The notes under the pieces: generated by a model
What the model saw: only the letters and a program-made list of their open reading frames with translations
Database searches by the model: none
What the model was told of the DNA's origin: nothing
Translations under genes and position numbers: made by a program
Shown: in pieces, positions 45,869-54,658 of the stretch
Layout of the letters: each line of letters starts with the position of its first letter
How positions within the stretch are numbered: position 1 is the first letter of the stretch
NCBI GenBank assembly: GCA_965228895.1
Contig: OZ245842.1
Location: 736,001 to 800,000 of the forward strand
Source of the DNA: Alphaproteobacteria bacterium
Lineage (GTDB): Bacteria > Pseudomonadota > Alphaproteobacteria > SP197
Length of the DNA stretch: 64,000 bases
Direction: 5' to 3'

Positions 45869-46951
45869 ATGCTCAACACCACCAGCCGTCCAGTAAAGAT
45901 CGACACGCTGCGCGGCTTCATGGAAGGCATTCTGGGCGCCGTCGGTTTCGACAAAGAGACTGCGGCAATCCTTGCCGACATTCATCTGGAGTCCGATCTG
46001 CGCGGCGTCCATGTGCAGGGCTTCAATCACCTGATCAACACCCACGTGCAGAAGTACATCGCCGGCAAGGCCGACCCGAAGGCAAAACCGGTCGTCGCCA
46101 AAGAGGGACCGAGCTACGCGCTGATCGACGGCAGGATGGGGCCCGGACCTATCGCGGTCCTCAAGGCGTGCGACGTCGCTATCGAGAAAGCGAAAGAGAC
46201 CGGCACGGCGATTGTCGGCGTCAACCACAGCCACGATGCCTTTCAGGCGGGGCTCTATGTCGACCGCATCGCGCGCCACGATCTCGTCGCGATGATCTTC
46301 TCCGACGACAACGTCCCCGTGGTTCACCCGCTCGGCGGCACCCAGCCGATCATCGGCAGCAATCCCTTGGCGTGCGCCGTGCCGTCGTCCGGTGATCCGT
46401 TCCTGACCGATTTCACGCCCTGCGTCACGCTGCCGACCTATGTGCGGTACTCCCAGCGTTATGACACGCCGATGGACGAGGGCTTGGTGACTGACGCCGA
46501 CGGCAATCCGACGACCGACCCGAGTAAGGTATGCACGGGAATCGGCCATACGCTCGATATCGGCGCCATCAACCCCGGTGGCAACAAGGGTTTCGGCTTG
46601 TTGCTGATGATCGACTTTTTGTCCGGCGCGCTGGTCGGCGCCGATATGGGGATGGATCACATCACCAAGAAGGACGCGCACAAGGGCCATCTGCTGATTG
46701 CCATCGATCCCGGCATCTTCGGTGATGCCGAGACGTTCAAGGCTGCCGTGACGGCGCGCATGAACGCCATTCGGGAGTCCAAGAAAGCGCCGGACGTCGA
46801 CGCGATCCGCATGCCGGGCGAAGGCAGCTATGCGCGGCGGAAGAAGGCCCTGGAGACCGGCGTGGTCCAGATCGACCGCTTGTGCTGGGACGACAGCCTG
46901 AAGCTTGCCGACGAACTTGGTGTTACGGCACCGGACCTCGACCCCGGCTGA
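45869..46951 (+). CDS. Ldh_2 family oxidoreductase (malate/L-lactate/ureidoglycolate/sulfolactate dehydrogenase-like)
   Basis: SDLRGVHVQG, IDGRMGPG, GSNPLACAVP, DADGNPTTDP, KGFGL, IRMPGE. Confidence 0.88.
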   Translation: MLNTTSRPVKIDTLRGFMEGILGAVGFDKETAAILADIHLESDLRGVHVQGFNHLINTHVQKYIAGKADPKAKPVVAKEGPSYALIDGRMGPGPIAVLKACDVAIEKAKETGTAIVGVNHSHDAFQAGLYVDRIARHDLVAMIFSDDNVPVVHPLGGTQPIIGSNPLACAVPSSGDPFLTDFTPCVTLPTYVRYSQRYDTPMDEGLVTDADGNPTTDPSKVCTGIGHTLDIGAINPGGNKGFGLLLMIDFLSGALVGADMGMDHITKKDAHKGHLLIAIDPGIFGDAETFKAAVTARMNAIRESKKAPDVDAIRMPGEGSYARRKKALETGVVQIDRLCWDDSLKLADELGVTAPDLDPG

Positions 46952-47048
46952 CGTCAGCGGTTACCAAATAGAAACACGAAAGCGCTTGCGGCGGTCACCC
47001 CTCAACAACAGATTGAGTGACGGAACCACGTCAAAAGGGGGAATTCGC

Positions 47049-47573
47049 ATGGCCGCGGTCGATCAGATTAAGCGCGCGCGTGAGCGAGCCACTAAAGCCG
47101 TGTCACTGCGCCCGGCCGTCGGCCAGGCCACATCGGTGACCCGGGCTCAAATCACGGATGGCTATCACTGTGAGGTCAGCGAGGGATCGTGGACCATTGC
47201 AGCGGATATGCCGAAGAGCGAAGGCGGTTCGGAACGCGCGCCGACTCCGGGCGTCCTCGGCCGAGGCGCGCTCGCAAGCTGTTTTGCGATCGGCCTTGTC
47301 GGTCTGGCGGCCCAACGTGACATCCCTCTTGACGACCTGTCGGTCGAGGTCCATGCGGATTGGGATGCGCGCGGTGAGTTAGGCGTTGGCACCGATGTTG
47401 TTCCCGGTTATTCGCAGGTCAGAATTGTGGTGGAGATCGCAAGCCCGGCATCCGAAGCGGCGATCAAAAGCCTGTTGGAGGATGCCGAACGTCACAGTCC
47501 CTATATCGATGTGTTTCGTCGCGACAACACCGTTCTGGTGGAGCACACGATTACACAGCCTGTCGGCGCGTAG
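47049..47573 (+). CDS. OsmC/Ohr family protein
   Basis: DMPKSEGG, PTPG, ALASC, D-ARG, AERHSP. Confidence 0.85.
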   Translation: MAAVDQIKRARERATKAVSLRPAVGQATSVTRAQITDGYHCEVSEGSWTIAADMPKSEGGSERAPTPGVLGRGALASCFAIGLVGLAAQRDIPLDDLSVEVHADWDARGELGVGTDVVPGYSQVRIVVEIASPASEAAIKSLLEDAERHSPYIDVFRRDNTVLVEHTITQPVGA

Positions 47574-47584
47574 GCGTCGCAGCC

Positions 47585-48406
47585 ATGGACGCCAGACTGC
47601 AACGCCGTGTGCAGCGCTACGGATGGGATGCTGCGGCAAGGGTTTATGAGTCGACGTGGCGCGACAATCTGCAGCCGGCCCATGATCTCATGTTCGAGTT
47701 AAGCGCCTTGAAGCCGGGCGATGCGGTCGTTGATGTGGCCTGTGGTTCCGGCTTGGCTACCTTTCGGGCGGCGACGTGCGTTGGCGATCAAGGAAGTGTT
47801 GTCGCGACCGACATCTCCGCGGAAATGACCGCTCTCGTACAGCGAGAGGCCGATCGGCTGGCCATCGATACCGTCACAGCTCACAGGATGGATGCCGAGG
47901 CGCTCGACCTGGAAAACGAGCAGTTCGACGTAGCGTTGTGCGCCTTGGGACTGATGTATGTTCCCGATCCCACGGCTGCCTTACGGGAAATGCGGCGGGT
48001 GTTGCGGCCGGGTGGCCAGGCTGTCGTGTCCGTCTGGGGCGCGCGAAAGAACTGCGGATGGGCTGACTTGTTCCCCATCGTCGATAGCGTGGTCGAGTCC
48101 GAAGTCTGCCCACTGTTCTTTGGATTGGGCGCCGGTGACGGCTTGAAGACCACAGTGGAGACAGCGGGCTTTGAAGACGTCGACGCACGCCGCCTTCAAT
48201 TCAGCATTCGTTACGATTCGGTCAAGGCAGCGCTAGAGGCCATGATTGACGGCGGCGCTGTCGCGTTGGCGGCCAAGCGGTTTGATAAGGCGACGCGAGA
48301 CAAGGTCGACAAGGCATTCCTCGCTTCGATCGAGCCCTACCGTGATCAAGACGGCCGGTATGATATCCCCGGCGAGTTCGTCGTCGCGTCGGCGACAAGA
48401 CCTTGA
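47585..48406 (+). CDS. Class I SAM-dependent methyltransferase (UbiE-like)
   Basis: VDVACGSG, TDIS, MDAEAL, RVLRPGG. Confidence 0.9.
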   Translation: MDARLQRRVQRYGWDAAARVYESTWRDNLQPAHDLMFELSALKPGDAVVDVACGSGLATFRAATCVGDQGSVVATDISAEMTALVQREADRLAIDTVTAHRMDAEALDLENEQFDVALCALGLMYVPDPTAALREMRRVLRPGGQAVVSVWGARKNCGWADLFPIVDSVVESEVCPLFFGLGAGDGLKTTVETAGFEDVDARRLQFSIRYDSVKAALEAMIDGGAVALAAKRFDKATRDKVDKAFLASIEPYRDQDGRYDIPGEFVVASATRP

Positions 48407-48419
48407 ATACTTTGTTTCG

Positions 48420-49388
48420 TCAGCCTGACCTCTCCTTGTCGTAGTAGCCCGCGCGTATCGTCGCGCCGATGAAGTTGCAGATCAGGCGTTCGGCGTAGAC
48501 CAGCGTCAGGTCACGCACGTCGTAGCTTGGTGCGATCTCGACGATGTCCATGCCCATGACGCGGCCCTTTTTGACCAGGCCGTGTATCAGCTTGTGCATT
48601 TGCGGCCAGGTCACACCGCCCGGCGTCGGCGCCATGACCGCAGGCATGATGGTCGGGTCCAGACCGTCGGCGTCGATGGTGAGGTAATAGGGGCCGCCGT
48701 CGGGGATCCGGTCGAGAACCGCCTGCATGCCCATGTCGTGCAACTCATAGGCATCAATGATGTCGCAACCATAGGCGCGGGCATCGTCGACCTCGCCCTG
48801 GCGCGCGCTGCCGATACCGCGCATGCCGATCTGCACGATATCGCCGAACCATGCCATTTCCGACGCCCGCCTGATCGGGCTCGAATAACCGTCGGTCACC
48901 CCGTTCACGTCGTGGCGCCAATCCAGGTGAGCGTCGACATGGACCAGCGTCACCGGACCATGGTTTTCCAGCGCGCGCATCACGGGGATCGGCACACCGT
49001 GATCGCCACCGATCGTAACCAGCACCGCGCCGGCGTCGAAGATCTGGCGCGCGGCCGCTTCGGCCCGTGTGTAGTGGAGCGCTGAATCAAAGGCGTCGGC
49101 GGTCACGTTGCCGCAGTCGATGACCTTGATGTCGCGGTTATCCAGCAAGGGTCCGCCGAGATCCCAGTCGTAGTGGTTAAGCGTGTAGCTCACGTCGGCT
49201 GCTATTTGGCGCAGGGCGTCGGGTGCCCGGCTTTGATCGTTGGCCTGTTCCGGTGGCGAATACGGCTGGCCATAGGGAATGCCCAGGATCGCGATGTCGG
49301 CGTCAAGCTTGTCGAGGTCGAGGGCAAGCGGGAAGTCGAGAAAGGTCGCGCACGGTGTGCCGGGCGCCTCGGTCAGGGTATCGGTCAT
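48420..49388 (-). CDS. Ureohydrolase (agmatinase/arginase family)
   Basis: LGIPYG, GGDHG, HVDAHLDWR, QIGMRGIGS, TIDADGLDP, VEIAPSYD. Confidence 0.9.
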   Translation of the reverse strand: MTDTLTEAPGTPCATFLDFPLALDLDKLDADIAILGIPYGQPYSPPEQANDQSRAPDALRQIAADVSYTLNHYDWDLGGPLLDNRDIKVIDCGNVTADAFDSALHYTRAEAAARQIFDAGAVLVTIGGDHGVPIPVMRALENHGPVTLVHVDAHLDWRHDVNGVTDGYSSPIRRASEMAWFGDIVQIGMRGIGSARQGEVDDARAYGCDIIDAYELHDMGMQAVLDRIPDGGPYYLTIDADGLDPTIMPAVMAPTPGGVTWPQMHKLIHGLVKKGRVMGMDIVEIAPSYDVRDLTLVYAERLICNFIGATIRAGYYDKERSG

Positions 49389-49493
49389 GGTGTCTCATCT
49401 GATGGTTGGGACGTGAGATGGCACAGCATGACCGCCTGGCGCCGCGATGGCGACTCAGTTTACCTAACGGGCAATTGCGGGCATCGTTAGGCC

Positions 49494-50570
49494 ATGGCGG
49501 CTCCCAGCAAACTCGGCGGCCCGGCGGCATGGCATGGCCGGGATCTCTTGCGGCAGCGCGACTGGATACGCCCGTTGTCGCCACCAGCGCTCCGGGAACT
49601 GGACGCCGCGGTAACTGCGCTACGAGGCCGTTCCGACGACATGGAAGACCTGACGCGCAGTGAATTCTCCTTTGATCATCTCGCCGCCGAACTGGCCGAG
49701 GCCGCCGATGAACTGGAGAACGGCCGTGGCGTCGTCAAGCTGACGGGCGTGCCGGTCGAACGTTACGACGATACCGACTTGCGCCGTTTATTCTGGGGTG
49801 TCGGCCTGAACCTCGGTACGCCCGTTTATCAGAACGCCCATGGTGAGTTGATGGGGTTGATTTGCGACGAGGGCGCGGGTGTCGGCGCCAGGCGTGGTCA
49901 GATGGTCGACAAGGACGGCGCGGCGTTTCTGTCGTCGCGGGCCCGGGCGCAATCAACCCAATTGCTGCGTTGGCATACCGACCGCACCGATGTGGTCGGT
50001 CTGCTGTGCGCAGGCCAGGCGGCCGAGGGCGGCACAAGCCGCGTCGCCAGCGCCGTTGCCATCCACGACGAAATGGTGCGCCGCCGCCCCGATCTCGCCG
50101 CCGTGCTTTATGACGATATCGTGCGCAGTCGGTTGGGCGAGGAGGCGGGCGGTGTCGACGCGACCTATGCCCTGCCGGTGTTCGGCGTCCATCACGGCCG
50201 GTTCTCCAGCCACTACTCCAGGACCTATGTCGAGGCAGCCCAAAATTTGGACGGTGTCCCGGCCATGCGTGACGACCAATGGGCGGCGCTCGATCTGCTG
50301 GCGGACTTGGGCGAGGAGTTGTGTTTCGAGATGGAGCTCAACAAGGGCGACATCCAGTTTCTCAACAACCACGTCATCTATCATGCACGCGGCGCGTTCC
50401 GTGACGATCCGGCGACCGGGCGGATCCGCCGGCTCTATCGCCTGTGGCTTGCCATGCCAAACAGTCGCGAGTTACCGCCGGGCTACGACATCCTGTTCGG
50501 CAGCCGCGACGCCGGTGCGATCCGCGGCGGTATTCTTCAGGCGGAAAACGGTCGGCGCACGCCGGTCTGA
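49494..50570 (+). CDS. TauD/TfdA (clavaminate synthase-like) Fe(II)/2-OG dioxygenase
   Basis: GPAAWHG, WHTDRTDVVGLLC, GDIQFLNNHVIYHAR, RLYRLWL. Confidence 0.88.
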   Translation: MAAPSKLGGPAAWHGRDLLRQRDWIRPLSPPALRELDAAVTALRGRSDDMEDLTRSEFSFDHLAAELAEAADELENGRGVVKLTGVPVERYDDTDLRRLFWGVGLNLGTPVYQNAHGELMGLICDEGAGVGARRGQMVDKDGAAFLSSRARAQSTQLLRWHTDRTDVVGLLCAGQAAEGGTSRVASAVAIHDEMVRRRPDLAAVLYDDIVRSRLGEEAGGVDATYALPVFGVHHGRFSSHYSRTYVEAAQNLDGVPAMRDDQWAALDLLADLGEELCFEMELNKGDIQFLNNHVIYHARGAFRDDPATGRIRRLYRLWLAMPNSRELPPGYDILFGSRDAGAIRGGILQAENGRRTPV

Positions 50571-50587
50571 CTTAAGCTTGGCCTTTG

Positions 50588-50656
50588 CCGGCCCACTCCC
50601 CCGCCCGACCACCCTGAGGATGCTGCCATGGGTGGTCGGGCGGGGGAGCGGGCTGG
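50588..50656. terminator. Long inverted repeat between convergent genes
   Basis: ccggcccactcccccgcccgaccaccc ... gggtggtcgggcgggggagcgggctgg (about 27-bp arms, few mismatches); no U-tract. Confidence 0.55.
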
Positions 50657-50685
50657 TGCCGCCGTCGCATTGGCGGCACAACCCC

Positions 50686-51567
50686 TCAGACTGCGCTTGC
50701 CCAGTCGTGGCGGTTGGCGAGGCGGGTGAACGTCTCTACCGCCGGCGTATAGCGCCGCCCGGCGACGGTCAGTAGATGCACGGTGCGCGTCACCTCCGGC
50801 TCGACCAACAGGCGGGTGGTCAGGTCGGGCATCATCGGCATGGATTCCGGCATGATAGAGCAGCCCATGCCGGCCTTGACCAGGGACTGAATCCAGTCTT
50901 CGCGCTCACTGCTATAGCGGATCTTCGGGCTGCCGCCCCAATCGCCCTCCAGGGCGTCAAAGAAACTGTCGAACTCGCAGTTCAGGCGTTCCAGGTAAGG
51001 CTCGCCAACCAGATCGGCGACAGGCACAGCGTTCATGCGGGCGAAGCGGTGATCCTTTGGCACGGCAATGACATAACGTTCCGAGAACAGGGGTGTAGCG
51101 TCGATCCGTTCGGGATACTCGGCCAGGCCCGCCACTGCGATATCGATCTCGCCGTCCATCAAGCTTGCCACGACGTCTTCGCCGGAGGCCTCGTGCAGCT
51201 TGAGATCGAGACCCGGCAGCTCGTCTTCCAACTGGCGCAAGATCGGGATCAGCCGGCGCGGGCCGATCGTGCACATGACGCCCAGCTTCAAGGGTGCCTT
51301 CTTGCGGGTGCGGAAGGCCACGGCGTCCTGGTTCGCGCGCTGTGCCGATTCAACGACCTGCTCGAGGTGCGGCTTCATCATGCGGCCGAGGTCGGTCAGG
51401 TGGGTGCGCGCGCGTTCGCGTCGGAACAGCTCGCCGCCCAGCTCGTCTTCCAGCTTCTTGATCGCTTTGGTCAGCGACGGTTGGGCGACGTGGCACTGCT
51501 CGGCCGCGCGCGTGAAGTTGAGCGTCTCGCACACCGCCAGAAAGTAGCGGGCCTGGTGCATTTCCAT
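50686..51567 (-). CDS. LysR-family regulator
   Basis: MEMHQARYFLAVCETLNFTRAAEQCHVAQPSLTKAIKKLE; GVMCTIGP, RLNCEF. Confidence 0.93.
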   Translation of the reverse strand: MEMHQARYFLAVCETLNFTRAAEQCHVAQPSLTKAIKKLEDELGGELFRRERARTHLTDLGRMMKPHLEQVVESAQRANQDAVAFRTRKKAPLKLGVMCTIGPRRLIPILRQLEDELPGLDLKLHEASGEDVVASLMDGEIDIAVAGLAEYPERIDATPLFSERYVIAVPKDHRFARMNAVPVADLVGEPYLERLNCEFDSFFDALEGDWGGSPKIRYSSEREDWIQSLVKAGMGCSIMPESMPMMPDLTTRLLVEPEVTRTVHLLTVAGRRYTPAVETFTRLANRHDWASAV

Positions 51568-51676
51568 GGGTGTTCTACTCCGTTGCCACCGTCCTGTCCG
51601 TTTCCCCTAGATGGCGATTTGCCGCCCCGATCGCATCACCGATAACGGCGCGATCAAGCCCACGTTATGACCTTTG

Positions 51677-51691
51677 ATAGCCCCAGGCTAT
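51677..51691. promoter_or_regulatory. LysR box ATAG-N7-CTAT
   Basis: ATAGCCCCAGGCTAT in the divergent promoter between the LysR and the cupredoxin-like gene. Confidence 0.6.
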
Positions 51692-51774
51692 TGAATTGAG
51701 ACCGACCCGATATTTCATCTTCCGCGGGGCCACACCGATATCCCGACCCACACACGAAGCCACTGGAGCTACCC

Positions 51775-52254
51775 ATGTCCCTGCTTTCCCGCGCCGCCCA
51801 CACGACCGCCTTTTCTGCTGGCCTGCTGCTTGCCGCCAGCGCCGGAACGGCCCAAGCCGCTGAAGATGTCACCATCATCGAACTGACCCAGACGGGCTGC
51901 CAGTTCATTGAATCCGAAGGTGGCGTCGACCACGGCTACATGCCGAACGCCAAAGCCGACTGCGAAGAGATCAACGCTCAGACCGAGGGCCAACGCATCG
52001 GTGACGACAACACGCTGCACCTGAAGCCCGGCAAGTACGTCTTCCGCATCACCAACACGGACGTTCCCTACATGCTCGGTTTCTATCTGCGCTCCGAGAG
52101 TGTCATCGATCGCCCGTTCTTGCCGTCGGTTTCCGGTGGTGGTCTGCACCAGGGCGTCACCCAAGACTATGAGATCGAGCTGGAAGAGGGCGAGTACGTC
52201 TATTCCTGCCCGCTCAACATCACGCCCGACTACAAGCTGGTCGTCGAAGGTTAA
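51775..52254 (+). CDS. Periplasmic cupredoxin-like protein
   Basis: Signal peptide (AQA); LTQTGCQF, LKPGKYVFRITN, GEYVYSCPLN. Confidence 0.7.
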   Translation: MSLLSRAAHTTAFSAGLLLAASAGTAQAAEDVTIIELTQTGCQFIESEGGVDHGYMPNAKADCEEINAQTEGQRIGDDNTLHLKPGKYVFRITNTDVPYMLGFYLRSESVIDRPFLPSVSGGGLHQGVTQDYEIELEEGEYVYSCPLNITPDYKLVVEG

Positions 52255-52297
52255 GCATCGGCCTCGGCAAACTCTCAACCTTGGGATCACGATAACC

Positions 52298-53725
52298 ATG
52301 TCACAGACCATTACGACGGACATCTGCGTCATCGGTGCCGGGTCAGGCGGCCTTTCGGTCGCCGCCGGTGCCAGCCAGATGGGCGCCGATGTCGTGCTGA
52401 TCGAAAAGCACAAAATGGGTGGCGACTGCCTGAACTACGGCTGCGTTCCCTCGAAATCCCTGCTGGCCGCCGGCAAGGCGGCCCAGGCAGTGCGCAAGAG
52501 CGGCCGCTTCGGCGTCAACGGTCATGAGCCCGAGGTCGACTTTGCCGCCGTGCACGACCACGTCCATGGCGTCATCAAGGCCATCGAACCGAACGATTCC
52601 GTCGACCGGTTCGAGAGCCTGGGCGTCAAGGTCATCCAGGGCGCCGGCCGGTTTACCGGTCCGCGCGAGGTCACCGTCGGCGATCAGGTGATCCGCGCCA
52701 AACGGTTTGTTATCTCGACGGGCTCGCGGGCGGTCGCGCCACCGATCCCCGGCCTTGATGATGTCCCTTACCTAACGAACGAGACGATCTTCGATCAGAC
52801 CAGCTGTCCCGAGCATCTGATCGTCATCGGCGGCGGTCCGATCGGCTGCGAGATGGCCCAAGCACATCGCCGGCTTGGCGCGCGTGTGACGGTCCTCGAG
52901 CGCAACGGCATCCTGCCGAAGGACGATCCCGATGCGGTCGACGTCGTGCGCAAGCGCCTGATCGACGAAGGCATTGACCTACGCGAAGGCGTCGGCATCG
53001 CTCGGGTCGACAAGGACGGCAACGGTATCGCCGTGACGCTGACCGATGGCGAACATGAGGAGCGCGTTACCGGCAGTCACCTGCTGGTCGCCGCCGGCCG
53101 CCAGCCCAATCTGGACGGTCTGGGTCTGGAAAAGGCCGGTGTCGACTACGAGCGTCGCGACATCAAGGTCGACGACCGTCTGCGCTCCACCAACAAACGT
53201 GTCTATGCCATCGGCGACGCGGCCGGCGGCTATCAGTTTACGCACATGGCGAGCTATCACGCCGGTATCGTCATCCGGAACATCCTGTTCCGCCTGCCGG
53301 CCAAGGTCGACACCAAGGCCGTACCCTGGGTCACCTATACCGACCCCGAACTCGCCCATGTCGGTCAGAACGAGGCAGTCGCGCGCGATCGTTTTGGCGA
53401 CAAGGTGCGTGTTGTGACCTGGGCGTTTGACGAGAACGACCGTGCCCAGGCGGAGCGCGCCACCGATGGGTTCATCAAGGTCGTGACCGACGCCAAAGGC
53501 AAAGTACTGGGCGCCACCATCGTCGGCGTGAACGCCGGCGAGCTGATTCAGCCATGGGTCCTGGCCGTCGGCCAGGGCATGAAGATCGGCGCCATGGCGT
53601 CGATGATCGCGCCCTATCCGACACTGTCGGAAGTCTCCAAACGCGCGGCGGGTGCCTGGTACACACCGCAGCTCTTTTCCGAGCGGACCCGCAAGGTCGT
53701 TCGCCTGCTACAGCGCCTGGGCTGA
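52298..53725 (+). CDS. Flavoprotein disulfide reductase (mercuric reductase / dihydrolipoamide dehydrogenase-like)
   Basis: GAGSGG, GGDCLNYGCVPSK, GGGPIGCE, YAIGD, YTDPELA, PYPT; no C-terminal Cys-Cys; ATG at 52298. Confidence 0.9.
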   Translation: MSQTITTDICVIGAGSGGLSVAAGASQMGADVVLIEKHKMGGDCLNYGCVPSKSLLAAGKAAQAVRKSGRFGVNGHEPEVDFAAVHDHVHGVIKAIEPNDSVDRFESLGVKVIQGAGRFTGPREVTVGDQVIRAKRFVISTGSRAVAPPIPGLDDVPYLTNETIFDQTSCPEHLIVIGGGPIGCEMAQAHRRLGARVTVLERNGILPKDDPDAVDVVRKRLIDEGIDLREGVGIARVDKDGNGIAVTLTDGEHEERVTGSHLLVAAGRQPNLDGLGLEKAGVDYERRDIKVDDRLRSTNKRVYAIGDAAGGYQFTHMASYHAGIVIRNILFRLPAKVDTKAVPWVTYTDPELAHVGQNEAVARDRFGDKVRVVTWAFDENDRAQAERATDGFIKVVTDAKGKVLGATIVGVNAGELIQPWVLAVGQGMKIGAMASMIAPYPTLSEVSKRAAGAWYTPQLFSERTRKVVRLLQRLG

Positions 53726-53751
53726 GGCCCTGGCCAGCGGAGGAAACTGCC

Positions 53752-54501
53752 ATGACCACGTCCCATGAAACCGTCAGTCCGGTGTCTCCGGCCGCCAAGA
53801 TCGGCGGACAGGTGAAGCGCTGGTTGCCGGCCATTGTTTTGGTCGGCGCCATCGGGACCGCCTTTGCCCTGGGTCTCGACAAGTACCTGACCCTCGAAGC
53901 GTTGCGCGAGCATCGCTTTGAATTGCAGTCCTTTGTCGCCCAGAACCAGGTGGCCGCCATTGCTCTCTTTATCGCCATCTACGCGGTATCGACGGCACTC
54001 TCGCTGCCCGGCGCGACGATCCTGACCATCGCCGGCGGGTTCCTGTTCGGTATCTGGTTCGGCACCGTCTATGCCGTCATCGGTGCGACCATCGGCGCTA
54101 CCGGTGTCTTCCTCGTCGCGCGTACGGCGATCGGCCAGTCTCTGCGCGAGCGGGCGGGGCCATGGTTCTCGAAAATGGAGGATGGCTTCCGCGACAACGC
54201 TCTCAGCTACATGCTGGTCTTAAGGCTGGTGCCGCTGTTTCCGTTCTTCGTCGTCAACCTGGTGCCGGCGTTCATGGGTGTGTCGCTGCGCATCTATGTC
54301 CTCGCGACGTTGATCGGCATCATCCCGGGTGCCTGGGTCTACGCATCGGTTGGCGCCGGACTGGGCAGCATCTTTGACAGCGCCGAGGAGGTTTCCTTGG
54401 GCAGTGTCCTGACGCCTGAGCTGATCGCGGCCTTGGTTGGTCTGGCGCTTCTGTCACTCGCGCCAGTTGTCTACAAAAAGATCAAACGCAGACGCGGCTG
54501 A
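53752..54501 (+). CDS. TVP38/TMEM64 (VTT/DedA) family membrane protein
   Basis: SLPGATILTIAGGFLFG, LRLVPLFPFFVVN, GIIPG; GGAGG RBS. Confidence 0.92.
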   Translation: MTTSHETVSPVSPAAKIGGQVKRWLPAIVLVGAIGTAFALGLDKYLTLEALREHRFELQSFVAQNQVAAIALFIAIYAVSTALSLPGATILTIAGGFLFGIWFGTVYAVIGATIGATGVFLVARTAIGQSLRERAGPWFSKMEDGFRDNALSYMLVLRLVPLFPFFVVNLVPAFMGVSLRIYVLATLIGIIPGAWVYASVGAGLGSIFDSAEEVSLGSVLTPELIAALVGLALLSLAPVVYKKIKRRRG

Positions 54502-54658
54502 CTTTATTCACGATTTTCTGAGGCGGGACGGCGAATTAGCGCTGTCCCGCCTTTGATTCTGCCTTCCCTTTGTCATTATTGTTACGTACCAAGGTATCGT
54601 GACTTGGTGCCGATTTGCGCCGGTCACGATCCGTAACTCCGAGCGAAGGCGCTGTGAC

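Noticed and set aside
52298-53725. Mercury resistance (merA)
   Set aside because: No C-terminal Cys-Cys, no NmerA domain, and no merR/T/P nearby.
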